A DNA stretch of 64,000 bases, taken from assembly GCA_964016885.1 (NCBI GenBank), contig OZ024747.1:44950001-45014000 (forward strand), in the 5' to 3' direction. Positions 14,182-27,612 of this stretch are shown one piece after another. The notes beneath the pieces were generated by a model. The model was not told the DNA's origin. It saw nothing but the letters and a program-made list of their open reading frames with translations, and ran no database searches. Position 1 is the stretch's first letter; each line of letters opens with the position of its first letter. The position numbers were made by a program, and so were the translations under genes. Origin of the DNA: Eledone cirrhosa. Its lineage: Eukaryota.

Positions 14182-17100
14182 GTATGCTGTGTGCAAGAGA
14201 CTAGATGGAGAGGAGGGTCTGCTAGAGTCCTTGTAGGAAAAAGCCAGTGCTACAAATTTTTCTGGGTGGGAAATGACGATGGGATGGGTGGTGTAGGTAT
14301 ACTATTAGCTGACAAGTGGGTAGATAAAGTAATCTCAGTGTACAGGGTAAATGCAAGAATCATTAAACTCAGACTAGTCCTGAATAAGACAATTACCACA
14401 ATAATATCAGCTTACGCACCCCAATCGGGGCTGCCAGACGAACTTAAGGATAGGTTTTACGAGTCCCTAATACACACTACTGCTCTAACAGACGACAAGG
14501 ACTTCCTAATCATTGCAGGAGATTTTAACGGACACGTAGGTAAACACTGCGACGGCTTCAATAGAGTACATGGAGGCCATGGAGTTGGCACAAGGAATGA
14601 GGAAGGATTCAGACTTCTAGAATTCTGCGACGCCAATGACATGTCGATATGTAACACAAACTTTAAAAAACCCGACAACCACCTGATCACCTATAGATCA
14701 GGGGAGCACTCTAGTCAGTTAGATTTTATCCTCATCAGAGGACGTGACAGATGGACGGTCGTAAACACAAAAGCCTTCCCTAGTGAGGAATGTACATCCC
14801 AACATAGCTTAGTTGTCAGCGACCTCACGGTCAGAACTAGACGAGCCCTGAAACAGAGGCCAACCTGGAGAAGAAAGATCTGGAAGCTGAAAGTCCCCTC
14901 AACCAGTAACAGATTTAAAGATATTTTACTCAACGCCTACGACAGTAAAGAAGAACAGATAGAGACATTTAACGTAGAAGAGAACTGGGAGTTCCTAAAA
15001 AATAACTTACTAGAGGCGACGGATGAGGTTTGTGGCTGGAGTAAGACCTCAAGCAGGAGGAGAGTGACTTGGTGGTGGAACAATAAGGTAGATGAAGCAG
15101 TCAAGGCCAAGAGACAGGCATGGAAAGAATGGAAGAACGGGGGGAGCAGGGTACATTACATAGAGACCAAGAGGGAAGCTAGGCGACAAGTATACTTAGC
15201 TAGGAGGGAAGCAGAGGATAGAAAATTCAAGCATGTTTTACAACGTGAGGACCAGAAACAGGAGGTATTCAAGATTGCGAGGCAGTGTGTCAGAGATAGT
15301 TGTGATGTCATTGGAGAGAAGTGTATCCGGAATGATAAAGGTGAGCTTGCCCTCACAAGTGCTGAGAAGAAAGATGCATGGAAGAGTCATTATGATAGAT
15401 TACTAAATGAGGAGAATGCATGGGAAGAAGAGACTCTACCCCACGTAGACCCTATAGAGGGACCAGCAGTACAAGTCAGCGGCAGCGTAGTAAGTAAGGC
15501 AATCAGAGATATGAAGATAGGGAAGGCAACCGGTCCATCGGGTATAGCTGCCGAGATGCTGAAGGCATCTGGGTCTGTAGGTCACACTATAACCACACGT
15601 ATCGTTAACCAGGTAATACTAGAGGGGGCCATACCAAAAGATTGGTGCAGTAGCATCATTGTCAACTGCTACAAAGGTAAAGGCGATGCACTAGATAGAG
15701 GAAACTATAGAGGTATAAAGTTGATGGACCAGGTCATGAAAGTAACAGAAAGAGTTATAGCACAGCTGATTAGGGACCGGGTGACTATAGACGAGATGCA
15801 ATTTGGGTTTGTACCAGGGAAAGGCACCACTGATGCCCTCTTCCTTGTGAGGCAATTACAGGAAAAGTACCTAGCTAAAAGTAAGCCACTCTACTTGGCA
15901 TTTGTCGACCTTGAGAAAGCCTTTGACAGAGTTCCACGTGCAGTAATCTGGTGGGCTCTTAGAAAACTAGGAGTAGATGAATGGCTTGTGAAAGCGGTAC
16001 AAGCCATGTATAGGGGAGCAGTCAGCAAAGTTAGGATTGGCAATGAGTATAGCGAGGAATTTAGCGTACAGGTTGGGGTCCACCAGGGCTCTGTTCTTAG
16101 CCCTCTCCTGTTCATCATAGTCCTGCAGGCAATAACGGAGGAGTTTAAGACCGGATGCCCATGGGAACTCCTGTATGCTGATGACCTCGCACTCATAGCT
16201 GAATCTATGGTAGAACTAGAGAATAAATTCCAAACCTGGAAGCAGGGACTAGAGAGAAAGGGCCTCAAAGTCAACATGACAAAGACTAAGGTCCTTATAA
16301 GTAGACGAGAAAACAGAACCCAGATCCCCTCAGGGAAATGGCCTTGCTCAGTATGTAGGAAAGGTGTAGGTAGGAACTCCATTCTCTGCCCCAAATGCAA
16401 ACAATGGGTACACAAGAGATGTAGCGGGATCTCAGGAAGCTTAATTAAGAATGTAGGATTCACATGCAGCAGCTGTGCTGAAACAGCAAGCAAACAGCCA
16501 CAGGAAACAAGTACCACCAATCTCTGGGAGGGCCCTGTAGAAACAGTAGACAGCTTCTGCTACCTAGGTGACCGAATTAGCAACGGAGGTGGGTGCTCAG
16601 AAAGTACAATAACTAGGGTAAGAACGGGATGGAAGAAGTTTAGGGAACTACTACCACTGCTAGCTGCAAAAGGCTTCTCCCTCAGAATGAAAGGCAGACT
16701 GTATGATGCGTGTATCCGAACAGCGATGTTGCATGGTAGTGAGACCTGGGCGCTGAAGGTGGAAGACTTACGTAGATTAGAGAGAAACGAAGCCTGCATG
16801 CTCCGATGGATGTGTAACAGTAATATACGTGAACGACAAAGCATAAAGGAATTGAGAGAGAGACTGAGTATAAGAGGAATCAAATGCTGCGTGCAGGAGA
16901 GGCGGTTACGCTGGTATGGACATGTGATGCGTATGAAGGATGACAGCTGCATAAAAAGGTGCAGAGCACTAGAAATTGATGGAAACCGCGGAGTGGGGAG
17001 ACCCAAGATGACTTGGGATGAGGTGATAAAAGCCGACTTTACCCAACTACACCTCTCAAAGTCAATGACACACGACCGTGACTTCTGGCATCACGCAGTA

Positions 17101-17438
17101 ATACAGGGTACCCGACCTCCCATGGGTACATGCTGAAGCATATAAACAATATGCCCCCCCCCCCCCACCGCAAGGTGGTCGTGGAGGTGCCACGGCAAAA
17201 AAGCACCCAGCCCACACTGTAAAGTGGACGTGTAGGCGCCACGAAAAAGCACCCAGCACTCACTGTAAATGAGGTTGGTGTTAGGAAGGGCATCCAGCTG
17301 TAGAAATCAAGCCAGATCAGTTCCTGTATGAGCAAGGCATGGTCAGCCGACCAGACACTGCCCACAACAGGACAACCCGTCTAACCCATGCTAGCGTGGA
17401 AGAACGGACGTAAAACGGTGATGATCATGATGATGATG

Positions 17439-17440
<2 letters not shown>
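14182..17440 (+). mobile_element. Near-full-length RTE-clade LINE (family A), slightly 5'-truncated, inserted in a (TA)n tract
   Basis: A single long ORF, a ~300 bp 3' UTR ending ACCCATGCTAGCGTGGAAGAACGGACGTAAAACG, a (GAT)n tail, and (TA)n on both sides. Confidence 0.95.
14191..17136 (+). CDS. RTE LINE polyprotein: APE endonuclease, reverse transcriptase and PHD-like Cys/His finger (no ATG, N-terminus missing)
   Basis: APE motifs QETRW, SAYAPQ, GDFNGH, LDFIL, SQH. RT motifs [42 protein letters not shown]-type C-terminus [11 protein letters not shown]...GRP. The frame is uninterrupted for 981 codons. Confidence 0.95.
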   Translation: MQETRWRGGSARVLVGKSQCYKFFWVGNDDGMGGVGILLADKWVDKVISVYRVNARIIKLRLVLNKTITTIISAYAPQSGLPDELKDRFYESLIHTTALTDDKDFLIIAGDFNGHVGKHCDGFNRVHGGHGVGTRNEEGFRLLEFCDANDMSICNTNFKKPDNHLITYRSGEHSSQLDFILIRGRDRWTVVNTKAFPSEECTSQHSLVVSDLTVRTRRALKQRPTWRRKIWKLKVPSTSNRFKDILLNAYDSKEEQIETFNVEENWEFLKNNLLEATDEVCGWSKTSSRRRVTWWWNNKVDEAVKAKRQAWKEWKNGGSRVHYIETKREARRQVYLARREAEDRKFKHVLQREDQKQEVFKIARQCVRDSCDVIGEKCIRNDKGELALTSAEKKDAWKSHYDRLLNEENAWEEETLPHVDPIEGPAVQVSGSVVSKAIRDMKIGKATGPSGIAAEMLKASGSVGHTITTRIVNQVILEGAIPKDWCSSIIVNCYKGKGDALDRGNYRGIKLMDQVMKVTERVIAQLIRDRVTIDEMQFGFVPGKGTTDALFLVRQLQEKYLAKSKPLYLAFVDLEKAFDRVPRAVIWWALRKLGVDEWLVKAVQAMYRGAVSKVRIGNEYSEEFSVQVGVHQGSVLSPLLFIIVLQAITEEFKTGCPWELLYADDLALIAESMVELENKFQTWKQGLERKGLKVNMTKTKVLISRRENRTQIPSGKWPCSVCRKGVGRNSILCPKCKQWVHKRCSGISGSLIKNVGFTCSSCAETASKQPQETSTTNLWEGPVETVDSFCYLGDRISNGGGCSESTITRVRTGWKKFRELLPLLAAKGFSLRMKGRLYDACIRTAMLHGSETWALKVEDLRRLERNEACMLRWMCNSNIRERQSIKELRERLSIRGIKCCVQERRLRWYGHVMRMKDDSCIKRCRALEIDGNRGVGRPKMTWDEVIKADFTQLHLSKSMTHDRDFWHHAVIQGTRPPMGTC

Positions 17441-17478
<38 letters not shown>

Positions 17479-17984
17479 TGATATTTATATCATATGCATA
17501 TGCATTAGAAACATATATAAATTACAGAATAATCAAAACTATGTTAATGAACATAGTTTTGATTATTCAGTAATTTATATTCTGGCTCTCTCTGTAAAAC
17601 ATCTGATGTATTTACATTGAGCTATTTTTTTTACTGGTAATACGGTGGTAATGAATTACTGACCTTTCCTGTTTATAACTATATATAGTGTATATATAAG
17701 TATAAATAATATTATTATTATTATTATTATTATATATACATACATTCTGTGCAGCTGCAACCCCTCCGTAAAGTGATCAGTAATAGGAAGGGCTTCCAGA
17801 CATGGAGAGCTTGGCATGACAAACTCTTTTGAGCACTCAATGGAATATAAGATTGTACGTTCACAGGACCTTGGCCAGCCTTGGATATCAGTGGCTCCAC
17901 TTCAGTACTGACTTGGTCTACATGAGCCCATCCAACCCTTGCTAGCAGAGAAAGTGGACGTTAAAACAATGATGATAATCATTC

Positions 17985-18327
17985 ATTCATTTCATCATTT
18001 CATTTTTACATCCGCTTTTCCCTGCTTGCAAGGGTGGGACGGGAACTGATTCTGGCTTGATTTCTACAGCAGGATGCCCTTCCTAACACCAACCTCATTT
18101 ACAGTGAGTGCTGGGTGCGTTTTTGCTGTGGCACCTCCACGACCACTTTGCAGTGGAATGATAGGGACTCCAGTCCCTATCATCTCATTTCTACAGCTGA
18201 GTAAACTGGAGCAATGTGAAATAAAGTGTCTTGCTCATGGAAACAATATATTACCCGGTCTGAGAATTGAACTCACAACCTTTCGATTGCAAGGCCAATG
18301 CTCTAACCACTAAGCCATGTGCCTCCA
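17985..18327 (-). mobile_element. SINE family 2 (tRNA head, CORE-like block, RTE-derived tail)
   Basis: The reverse complement starts GGAGGCACATGGCTTAGTGGTTAGAGC, carries CC(A/T)TGAGCAAGACACTT and ends CCCACCCTTGCAAGCAGGGAAAAGCGG. Confidence 0.85.
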
Positions 18328-18399
18328 TAAATAATGATGATATATATATATATATATATATGGAAACAGAACTGAAAATTAAATAGACTCAGAGTAAAC

Positions 18400-19180
18400 A
18401 AAAACTAACATTTTAGTAAATACGACAGAATACAGACAGGACTCAGGTCTCAACAGGGAAGTGGCCATGCTCAATATATAGAAAAAATGTAGGAGGGAAC
18501 TCTATAATATGTCCACAAAGTAAAATATGGGTACGTAAAAGGTGTAGTGGATAACTGGCATATTAATAGAAAAGGTAAACTTTGTATGTAGGAGATGCAA
18601 AAAGGGAATCAGTAGTAAGAGCCCAAGCATAAATTCTCCAAGCCCAGAAAAGTTCCATAGAAGCAGTTCATAACTTTTATTACCTAGGTGACCAAATTAG
18701 CAGTGAAGGAGGTTGTTGTCAATGGAAAGTAGCTGGAATAAGGACAGGATGGAAAAAGTTCAGAGAACTACTGCTTCTGTTGAAAATAACTTTTTTCACT
18801 CTATGGATGAAAGCTCAGCTGTATGAAAGGCATGCAATATGTGATGTTGCATGGGAGTAAAACATGGAGAGGATATACAGAGAATGGAGAGAAATGAAAC
18901 AAGAATGCTATGATAGTCATGTGATGTTAATCTGCATGACTGACAAAGCATAGATGGGCTGAAAGTAAAACTGGGTTTAAGAGAACTCAAATGTGTGCAA
19001 GAAAGAAGACTGCACTGGTATAATGTGATGTGTATTAATGATGTTTGTAAGGTGAAAAAATGACAGGCGGTCCTGGCAAAAAGAAGCTACATTAGAGGAA
19101 GGTGAAGGAAGACTTTGAGCAGAAGTGTTGAGAGCAGATTTCAAAATGCTGAACCTGACAGAGGAAATGATGAAGGAATG
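18400..19180 (+). pseudogene. Old degenerate RTE 3' fragment
   Basis: TACCTAGGTGACCAAATTAGC (YLGDQIS), GGATGGAAAAAGTTCAGAGAACTA (GWKKFREL) and AGAAGACTGCACTGGTAT are colinear with the intact copy. Confidence 0.8.
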
Positions 19181-19312
19181 CAGTTGGGCTCTGTCTTTAC
19201 TCTTCTAAGTTATTAAAAAACAAAGATGTTGACACAAGATTGTATCTCATGGATTAATGCTATATTATAGTCCCATCTATCTATGGTAACATTAAAGATA
19301 AATATGAAATAA

Positions 19313-19353
<41 letters not shown>

Positions 19354-21344
19354 GAACATAATGAGAAAGATGAAGATATCTTTGTTAATTACATTCAGCT
19401 AAACTCCACACAAGCAAACATTCTCTTAGGGCCATAGAAATCTATAGTGAAAAAAGTACAGTAGCTGAATTGTGAATCACATGTTCACAAGTTCAAACTA
19501 TATTGAAGCTATTTCTTGTTCTTAAAAACATCACGTGATTCTTCTTGCCTTCCCCCAGCAACCCTTAAAATATGTGTGTCACTTTCTTTTCACAGTAGAG
19601 TGGGTAGCATTAAGAAGGGTTCTTCAACAATTTAGACTTTCAATGACATAAACTGCGTGAAATGATGATTAAGTGATTAAGATTATAGGAGCACCCCTAG
19701 AGATCACAGCTATTTCAAATTATATTTTGATAAGTGTTACAACATTTGTATTAATGCAGTTTTAATATTCTCGTTTATAGAAAGAAAATCCTTGAAATGT
19801 ATAAAATAAACTAAAAAAGAATTATTTTTTGTAGATATACTTTTATTTCTTACACATTAAAAAAAAATATTGTAAAAAATAGAATTAACAAATACACAAA
19901 TAAATATCTAAAAACAAAGCAGAGATATATATTTTATTTTTGATGGTCAGAAAACATATTAAAAACAAATGTTAAGTTAATAGGAGATGAAAATTCAGAC
20001 AGAAATACCTCACAAAGATTTATTGTTTGAATTCATTGTTAAAAAGTAATATTCAGCGAAATATGATATTAAAATATCTAAACAAGCATGAAATTCCTTT
20101 CATGGTCTTGGGAATAATTTTCATCTTTATGCTCTTGTTACCCCTCCCCTCTCCCATACACAATACATCTATATTATTCATTTAACTAAATTTATCAAAA
20201 CATTTTTTGAAGTTTTTTTTGTATCTATTTGTTATATACATATATACATATATATAATATATCTATGTCTAAAAAAATACATATATGTAATATATCTATA
20301 ATGTATCCTTAATATATGTGTATGTATATATATATATATATACACACATATATTATATACACACACATATATATATATATATATATAATTTCAAGTCTTG
20401 TTTTACTGAAGGTATTATTTTTGATTCATTTTAAGGTATAAAGTGCTTTTCAAATTTAGCAGCTTTATTAAACAATGACAACAACAACTATAACAACAAC
20501 AAATACAATAACAACAACAATACCAAACAGAAAAAAATTAACAATACAATTGAAGAATTCTGAACCTAAATTTCTGAATAGAAAGCATAATAGGAAATTT
20601 AGTGGCTCAGCAAGTTTATACATCATTTGCAAGCTGACAGAGTGTGAATGACTGAGATATTAAACAGCGTTGACGTTATCTGGAAATATGGCATCAGAAT
20701 GTTCGGAGATTAAAATATCAAAGAGAAGAAAGAACATTATGAATTAGATAAGGAAAACAGTATATAAAAAATCATTTTTCAAAGTAATTTCCTCTGCCTC
20801 AGTAAACCAGAAAGTCTACAGAAACAACCATTCATAGATTTTTCACATACATAACTGGCATCAAACATGCATGCTATCACACAGCTATCCTGTGTTAACA
20901 AGGTGATATACACGATATAGATCTACAGAGAACTATCACTATGAAGATTTATAAATTCATATACACACTCAGCCCTGTAGATACATTAAAACAGCTACAT
21001 ATGTAGACAAACACACACGCACATATATATATATATACACAAGCATACATACACATATATTTATATTTCTGTATATATATATATATATGTGTGTGTATGT
21101 GAATGTGTGTTTATACATATTATAGTGAGAGAGTAAGAGAATGAGGAAAATTATTAATTTATGACACAAAAAATAGAGGTTTATTATTTTATTTTTTTTA
21201 CTAAAATAGGATATAATCGACTGAATTAACTCAGTAAATGCTAAATGGGGATTTTATGGAAATGAATGGTTTGGCAAGATTTGAACACAAAACAGCGTGG
21301 TTTACAACTAAATGTTGGTTGTCTTTTAACTAGCCACAGGGACT

Positions 21345-21692
21345 TTAACCCCTTTGTTACCATATTTCTAATAAAATACACCCTATTTGAATTAATTATT
21401 GAAGAATTTGGAGGAATTTAATAAAATTGCTTCATTATTAAGACAGTAATTGTAACACAACAAAAGATTTATCATCATCATCATCATCATTGTTTTTACA
21501 TCTGTTTTTTGACGCTTGCATGGGTTGGATAGCACAACATCAATCCACTCATGTTCCTTCGTCTTCTCCTTCGTGAGTTCTTATATAAATTATTTTGGAA
21601 GAGTTTAATTTAAATTCGACCCTTTTAAGATTGAAGGTTTTGTTCCATAGATCCAGAAGTAGTTTTGGGCAGGTTGGTCTCAAAGGGGTTAA
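21345..21692. mobile_element. piggyBac-like MITE family II
   Basis: Termini TTAA|CCCCTTTG...CAAAGGGG|TTAA. Related copies lie at 60566-60818, ~41260-41480 and 63861-64000. Confidence 0.7.
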
Positions 21693-22479
21693 AATTATAA
21701 AGGAAGAAAACTAATGTGTTGTGATGATCCTGCCTCTCTTTAAAACATGAGTAATATATGTGAAGTGATTTGATTTCATCTGGGAAGTGATATAATTCAA
21801 TGGTCTCATTTTGTTGTTGTAGTTGTTTGTGTTTAGCCATAGGTTAGCTCTGATTGAGTAGATCTGTGTTCAAATTCATTCTATTCTTGACTATACCACC
21901 TAATCTTTTTCGTAAGCACTTTTATGATGTTTGTATGCAGAGTGCAATGCAGCAATGCACAGAAACATCGGTAGTAAATACATGGAGAGATATATAGCAA
22001 GCGTACTCCATTAAATGCATAAAATATATTATCCAATGTTTGTTGCCATTTAAACAAATGTTGGCATGTGATTTGTACTGCTATTTCTAGCAAGATGAGT
22101 TACTATGTAAAGTGTCATTTAGTGTGAGAGAAATGTTGTAGCAGTTGTAACTAGTGTTCTACCAACTCACTTTGTAACATGAAGTTAGCTTTCATATTTC
22201 CCCATATTGTCTTTGATAATTTCAAATAATTTTGAAAATAATCAAGGATTTTGAGGGATATAACTAAAATTTTCATTATTTATCTGGTGTCTGGAGCATA
22301 AATATTGTTACATAAAACTATGTTGAAAGGTGTTTGGATAAATATAAATGCTTTAAAACAAACAGTTTCGTTTTGTAAAACCAGGAGTGGTTTCAAGCAG
22401 ATTAAACTAGTCTTAGTAGATGTTCTCTCCAAGACTGAGTAAGTTTTCTTGACCTAAGATCATTATCATCCTATTCTAG

Positions 22480-22730
22480 AAATAAAATCTCTCAAATGTT
22501 CAGAAGGCTCACTGGAAGTGATAGAAAGATGTTTCTCTTTAGGAAACCTCATTAACAGTTAAGGTGAATGCACTGTAAGAGTTATAAACAGAGTGAAATC
22601 ATTTTGGAAGATGTTCAGAAAGTTGTTACCTCTGCTCACAGTGAAGGGTAGGTCATATGATGATTGCGTTCAAACTTCTGTTGCATGGCAGTGAGACATG
22701 GGCCATGACTGCAGATGAACTGGCATCAAA
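22480..22730 (+). pseudogene. Old RTE fragment
   Basis: TGGAAGATGTTCAGAAAGTTGTTACCTCTG and TTGCATGGCAGTGAGACATGGGCC (LHGSETWA). Confidence 0.7.
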
Positions 22731-22914
22731 CATGTAATAGTATTTTAATGGAAATTTAGTTGGTAGATTTTGTAAAGTATGAAAATCATCTAGTACACTA
22801 GTTATGTATTTTTGACTTGAATTTGAAAGCAAAAGTGTTGGTGGTTGGAAGATGTGAAGAAAGCATTATTCATGTGTTGTTGCTAACTACAAGATCAAAA
22901 CATATGATGTAGAC

Positions 22915-23081
22915 CAAGGTTTCCCAAACTTTTTCAAATGTTGAACCCTTTTTGGTTCAGAAACTTTTAGGGGAACCCCAAAGTCTAATACTGTTATATA
23001 GTCGTAATATAAATACACTTCTCTACCTTTTTTCATGGGACTCCAAATACTCCTTTGTGGAACCCACTTTGGGTACCACTG
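22915..23081. mobile_element. hAT (Charlie-like) MITE with a perfect 8 bp TSD
   Basis: TIRs CAAGGTTTCCCAAAC and CTTTGGGTACCACTG. TSD ATGTAGAC at 22907-22914 and 23082-23089. Confidence 0.85.
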
Positions 23082-23089
23082 ATGTAGAC

Positions 23090-23290
23090 AATCCAGTGAA
23101 GGAGACATTAGATGATGGCACAATCTACTAGAAATAGCAGCTAAAGTTTCTTCTAATCAAAAAGAAAGTGTCACATTGGATAATATACGTAGTTAGTGAT
23201 ATATAACATGAGTTATAGCTGGAAGATTTTTTTTTAAACAGACATACATCTGTGTGATCAGAGATGACCTAAGGTTTAACAATGGCAACA
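23090..23290 (+). repeat. Old dispersed repeat (CTAGAAATAGCAG...TGATCAGAG.TGACCT..AAACAACAA), probably a SINE
   Basis: Similar decayed copies lie near 21820-22110 (-), 40830-41020, 46430-46625 and 63105-63375 (-). Confidence 0.55.
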
Positions 23291-24669
23291 TACAATGAAA
23301 AACATAAATAGTGAATGTAAAAACACAAAAATATGATCTCAACAGTCACATCATTTGTGACTGTTAATAAATCATTTATAAATACAGAAACAATGTGTTT
23401 GTTGTTATATTTGACAGAATTAATTAATTAATCACTGAACGAATGATTAATTAAGACAAGTCAATGATAATATGGCAGTCGGTCGCTGATTTATTATAAT
23501 GAGATACATATGGAAACAGGCTGTTACATGTCCTTCTAATATAATATATATAAGCACAAATTTATTTATAATTACATTATAGATATGTATATAAATGTAC
23601 ACATATATGTGTGTGTGTGCATATATATATAGATATTCATGTATGTATGCATGTATGTAAATGCATTCCCGCCGAGGTTAAACTTGTTTTTCTTTGCTCT
23701 CCCTATCTTGCTGACAATAAGGCCTTGGACTTATGTCCAGCCACCAGTTTGACTTCTCTCTCTTGGTTACTTATATACATGTGCTTCTCCTCATGTGTGC
23801 CCCCCCCCCCCCTTTATCGGTATCTTTTCTGTGCCTTTTTTCTCTTTTTTTTCCCTTCTGTTTTCTCTGTTTTCCTTCCCCAATAACTTACAAAAGTTAT
23901 TGATGCACTGGGGATAGACATATTGTCTTTAATGCATGGAAATGGCTGAGACCCTAACATACAACTGAAGAGGGGACTTATCCTTTGTTTTTGCTTTCCT
24001 TTTATTTCTAAATACACTATATCAAGTAACCACGCAGCCTCTTGTTCCTTCTAAATTTTGCAAGCAGGGAAAAGCAGACGTAAAATGATGATGATGATGA
24101 TGATATATATATATATGTAAAGAAGGAATTTGTAGTTTACTTGAAGCATTGTATATGGTATAAAGAATTTGAAGTTGGAAAGCCACGACAATGTAGGTTT
24201 GGATGGAGAAAAACTAAAATGTAAGAAACAGGGTTTATATTTTTACCTTAATTTACTCATATGTCCTGATATTTCGAGATTAATATCTCTTCTTCCAAGG
24301 AAAATAGAGGAACTATTCCAGTGTCTGATGTTGTTAGCTATACCATGCTGGCCGGAAGTGGTTTTATTTTATTTTATTTTATTTTATTTTATTTTATTTT
24401 ATTTTATTTTATTTTATTTTATTTTATTTTATTTTTTTCTAACCTCTTTTGTGTTAAAATTAGGGTCTGGACAGGCCAAAGGGGCATAACTGCAGCCTGA
24501 ATAGAAGAGCAAGTCAACACCACCTGGTTTTACATCTGCAGAAGAAGACAACACCCAAATAAACGTAGGAATACCTTCATCACCAGAAATAGTAGACTGC
24601 CCACTTTCTACCACCTCATTAAGACACACAAAAATAATACAAGACTCTAAATAGACCCATTGTCTCTAG

Positions 24670-25200
24670 CCTAGAAGGACCCACCCCTATATAACATTTC
24701 CTGGCTCCCCATCAAAATCCTAAGGCCTATGCTCTCTACCTTCTCCAGGCATGTCAGTAGCTCTGATGTAGTTATACAAAGATTCCACCAACTCCAACCT
24801 CAATAGGTAGGCCTTTAGCCTCGACGTTGTAAGTCATCATCATCATCATCATCTTCTTCTTCTCCTTCTCCTTCTATTGAATGTTAATATATCACCTAAA
24901 CACGACAGAAGAAGAAGAAGACTTACAACTAGCTCACTTGGGGCTCTCACTTCACAGACAACTATCTAGGAGATGACCTAAAGAACACACCAGCCGCTGC
25001 ATGCTGGCCAACTGTCCCATTGATAACACAGACATGTGCCACCAAGCATACGTTGTGTACAGAGTCCAGTGTGATAAATGCGACAACTTCAATATAGGTA
25101 GCACCACCAGACACTTACACATCAGGATTAAAGAACACATTAACACCAATGCTTCCTTATCCAAGAAACACTTAGAGAAATGCAAAAACACAAAAAAAAA
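24670..25200 (+). pseudogene. PLE fragments: RT piece plus GIY-YIG endonuclease (Penelope/Poseidon-like)
   Basis: ORF 25001-25216 contains VVYRVQCDKCDNFNIGSTTRHLHIRIKEH (GIY-YIG pattern). Upstream are YNISWL..KILRP and SLDVVS (RT motif A region). Confidence 0.75.
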
Positions 25201-25504
25201 AAAAAATAACAGTTAATGTTGAAACAAAAGAAAGGCAAAGATGATAGGAGAGAGACACAGATTGCTATATTCTTATTAACATCACAGTTGCGATTATAAA
25301 TTCAATTTATAATATCTTTTTATATTTATACAATTCATACGATGTCTTTTCTATTATTGTTAAATGTAATAGGAGTAAAGCATTCTAATGTATGTATTTT
25401 CTACCTTCCATAAATAATCATATCTATTAAGGATTAATAGCGATATTGGTATGGTTAGATCTGTTGATTTTTACTAATGACGAGTAAAATGATTATATAA
25501 AAAT

Positions 25505-25690
25505 GAGGCAGGTGAATTGGCAGTATCGGTAGAGGGTCTGACATGCTTTCCAGCATAGTCACATCCCTTTACGATCTGAGTTCAAATCCGAGGTTAACTT
25601 TGCCTTTCATCCTTACAGGATCGATAAAATAAAGTACCAGTAATGTACTGGGATAATTGCTGGCCTTGTGCCAAAAGAAGAAACAATTAT
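25505..25690 (+). mobile_element. SINE family 1 copy
   Basis: Family core and tail are present. Confidence 0.85.
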
Positions 25691-25714
25691 ATAAAAATGA
25701 GTATGAACATTACC

Positions 25715-26165
25715 TATGGTCACGAATCTTGAGTACTGACCGAAAGAATATGATCGTGAATACAAGTGGTCAAAATAGGGTTTCTCCAAAGGGTCTTTGG
25801 CATAATGTACTCAATAAAGTACATAGCTCGGAGATCAGAGAGTCACCCCAAATAGAGCCGCTACTTCTCCAAATTGAGAGATCACAGCTCTGATACTATG
25901 GCCATGTGGTTAGCATGTTTCAGGAAAGAATCAATGGACAGATTTTATGGACAAAAACAACAGGTAGGAGACCCCGAGCAAGACGGTTCGATAACATCCA
26001 TGAGCTTGGTTGGTTACATCTGGAAATCCAGTCAGATCAGTTGGAGACAGTTTCTTCTGATAGGACCCGCTGGAAGGATTGTTTGAGGACTCTTCTCCAA
26101 TGACCCTCTCAGGAATAAGTGGGTGAAGAAAAGAAAAGAGAAGAAGAAGAAGAAGAAGAAGAAGA
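25715..26165 (+). pseudogene. 3' fragment of a distinct RTE family with a (GAA)n tail
   Basis: YGHES.VLT...SSEIRESPQIEPLLLQIERSQL.YYGHVVSM...GRRPRAR resembles the Expander/RTE C-terminus. Confidence 0.75.
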
Positions 26166-26574
26166 GTATAAACAGTTAGGATTTCTAGATCAATTTCATA
26201 AAAAGTTTGTAAAAAATATTCTTAAAAGAAATTAGCACACAATGAAAAACTTTGCTGTAAACATGGTAAAACAACAACAACAAAATCCTCTATTTTAAAG
26301 AAAATTTCTGTAGATTTTTATCTTTTAAGTATTGGTGATAAGAATTCTGCAATGGTAAATTCACGAATTCATTTTTTTTTCAACCAACTAAAAGACGTAT
26401 GAAATTTGCCTATTGGTTAGTTCTAATTTATTTAATTGATAATATTACTCTTTTGTGACCATATTTTTAACAAAAATATAATTGAGTTATATTTATCAAA
26501 ATGAGAAGTTTAGTGAAATAACTAATTTAATTACTAAATACAAATATTTAACTATGTATGTATAAAAGTTTCAT

Positions 26575-26670
26575 ATGTCTAAATACTGCTACTGGTAATG
26601 TGTCATATGTCTTATTACTGCTACTGGTAACATGTGTAATATGTCTTATTACTACTACTGGTAACATGTA
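26575..26670. repeat. Three ~32 bp tandem units (ATGTCTTATTACTGCTACTGGTAACATGT)
   Basis: Directly visible. Confidence 0.85.
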
Positions 26671-26833
26671 ACTAAGTACAAGTTGTTGCATGGTTAAGTC
26701 ATCAGCAATTACACAACCTACCTGTCAAAGGGCAGATGAATGTATTAAATTCAATGGCCATCGAATACTTTATATTATATAAGCTTGTGCATGTATATAT
26801 TGTATTACATATATTACAGGTTTATGTGTATAT

Positions 26834-27180
26834 GGAGGCACATGGCTTAGTGGTTAGAGCATTGGCCTTGCAATCGAAAGGTTGTGAGTTCAAATCTCAG
26901 ACCAAGTGATGTGTTGTTTCCTTGAGCAAGACACTTTATTTCACATTGCTCCAGTTTACTCAGCTGTAGAAATGAGATGATAGGGACTGAGGTCCATATC
27001 ATTCCATGGCAAATTGGTCATGGAGGTGCCACGGCAAAAAAGCACCCAGCACTCACTGTAAATGAGGTTGGTGTTAGGAAGGGCATCCAGCTGTAGAAAT
27101 CAAGCCAGAATCAGTTCCCGTCCCACCCTTGCAAGCAGGAAAAAGCGGACGTAAGATGATATGAAATGAAATGAAATGAA
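26834..27180 (+). mobile_element. SINE family 2 copy
   Basis: Near-identical to the reverse complement of 17985-18327, with an (ATGAA)n tail. Confidence 0.9.
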
Positions 27181-27570
27181 TACATGAAAAGAAGATAGCT
27201 TTACGTAAACCTGCAGTGTTCGTAATTTATGGTTACTTGCTTTGTTTCTGTTCATTGCTACTTTAATGGCTTTCGACCTTTACAGATTGGTTCTCATGTT
27301 GCACAAGCATTTGTTAGTTTGAATTTTAATGTGCAGGTAGTTTTGCAGCCAACTTGTTTTGCCAGCATAAATCAAAACTCAGAATGGTCCTCCTCCTTCA
27401 GTCTTTTCTATATTTCCTCTGCCTGTCACCCACCTTGTGGATTGTCTCTCTGCTGACCACTGGCCACTGGTCTCTGCCCTCAGAGTCATTTTTGCTCATC
27501 ACTGTCTTTGACAGCATTTAGCTGTTTTAATGTGTTCTAGCGATGAGTTTTCTCGATCAGAGACAACATT

Positions 27571-27612
<42 letters not shown>

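Noticed and set aside
16170-16190. CTGATGA inside the RTE ORF (also near 30955)
   Set aside because: These are simply the codons of the YADD motif.
14457-17006. Minus-strand ORFs of up to 209 aa (and equivalents at 30498, 31357, 38968 and 39483)
   Set aside because: They are antisense shadows of RTE coding sequence with no independent domain signal.
26575-26670. Short tandem repeats as a CRISPR array (also 50200-50385)
   Set aside because: There are no unique spacers and no cas genes, and the context is eukaryotic.
26834-26910. tRNA gene
   Set aside because: The tRNA-like head continues into a multi-copy SINE body and has no proper cloverleaf.
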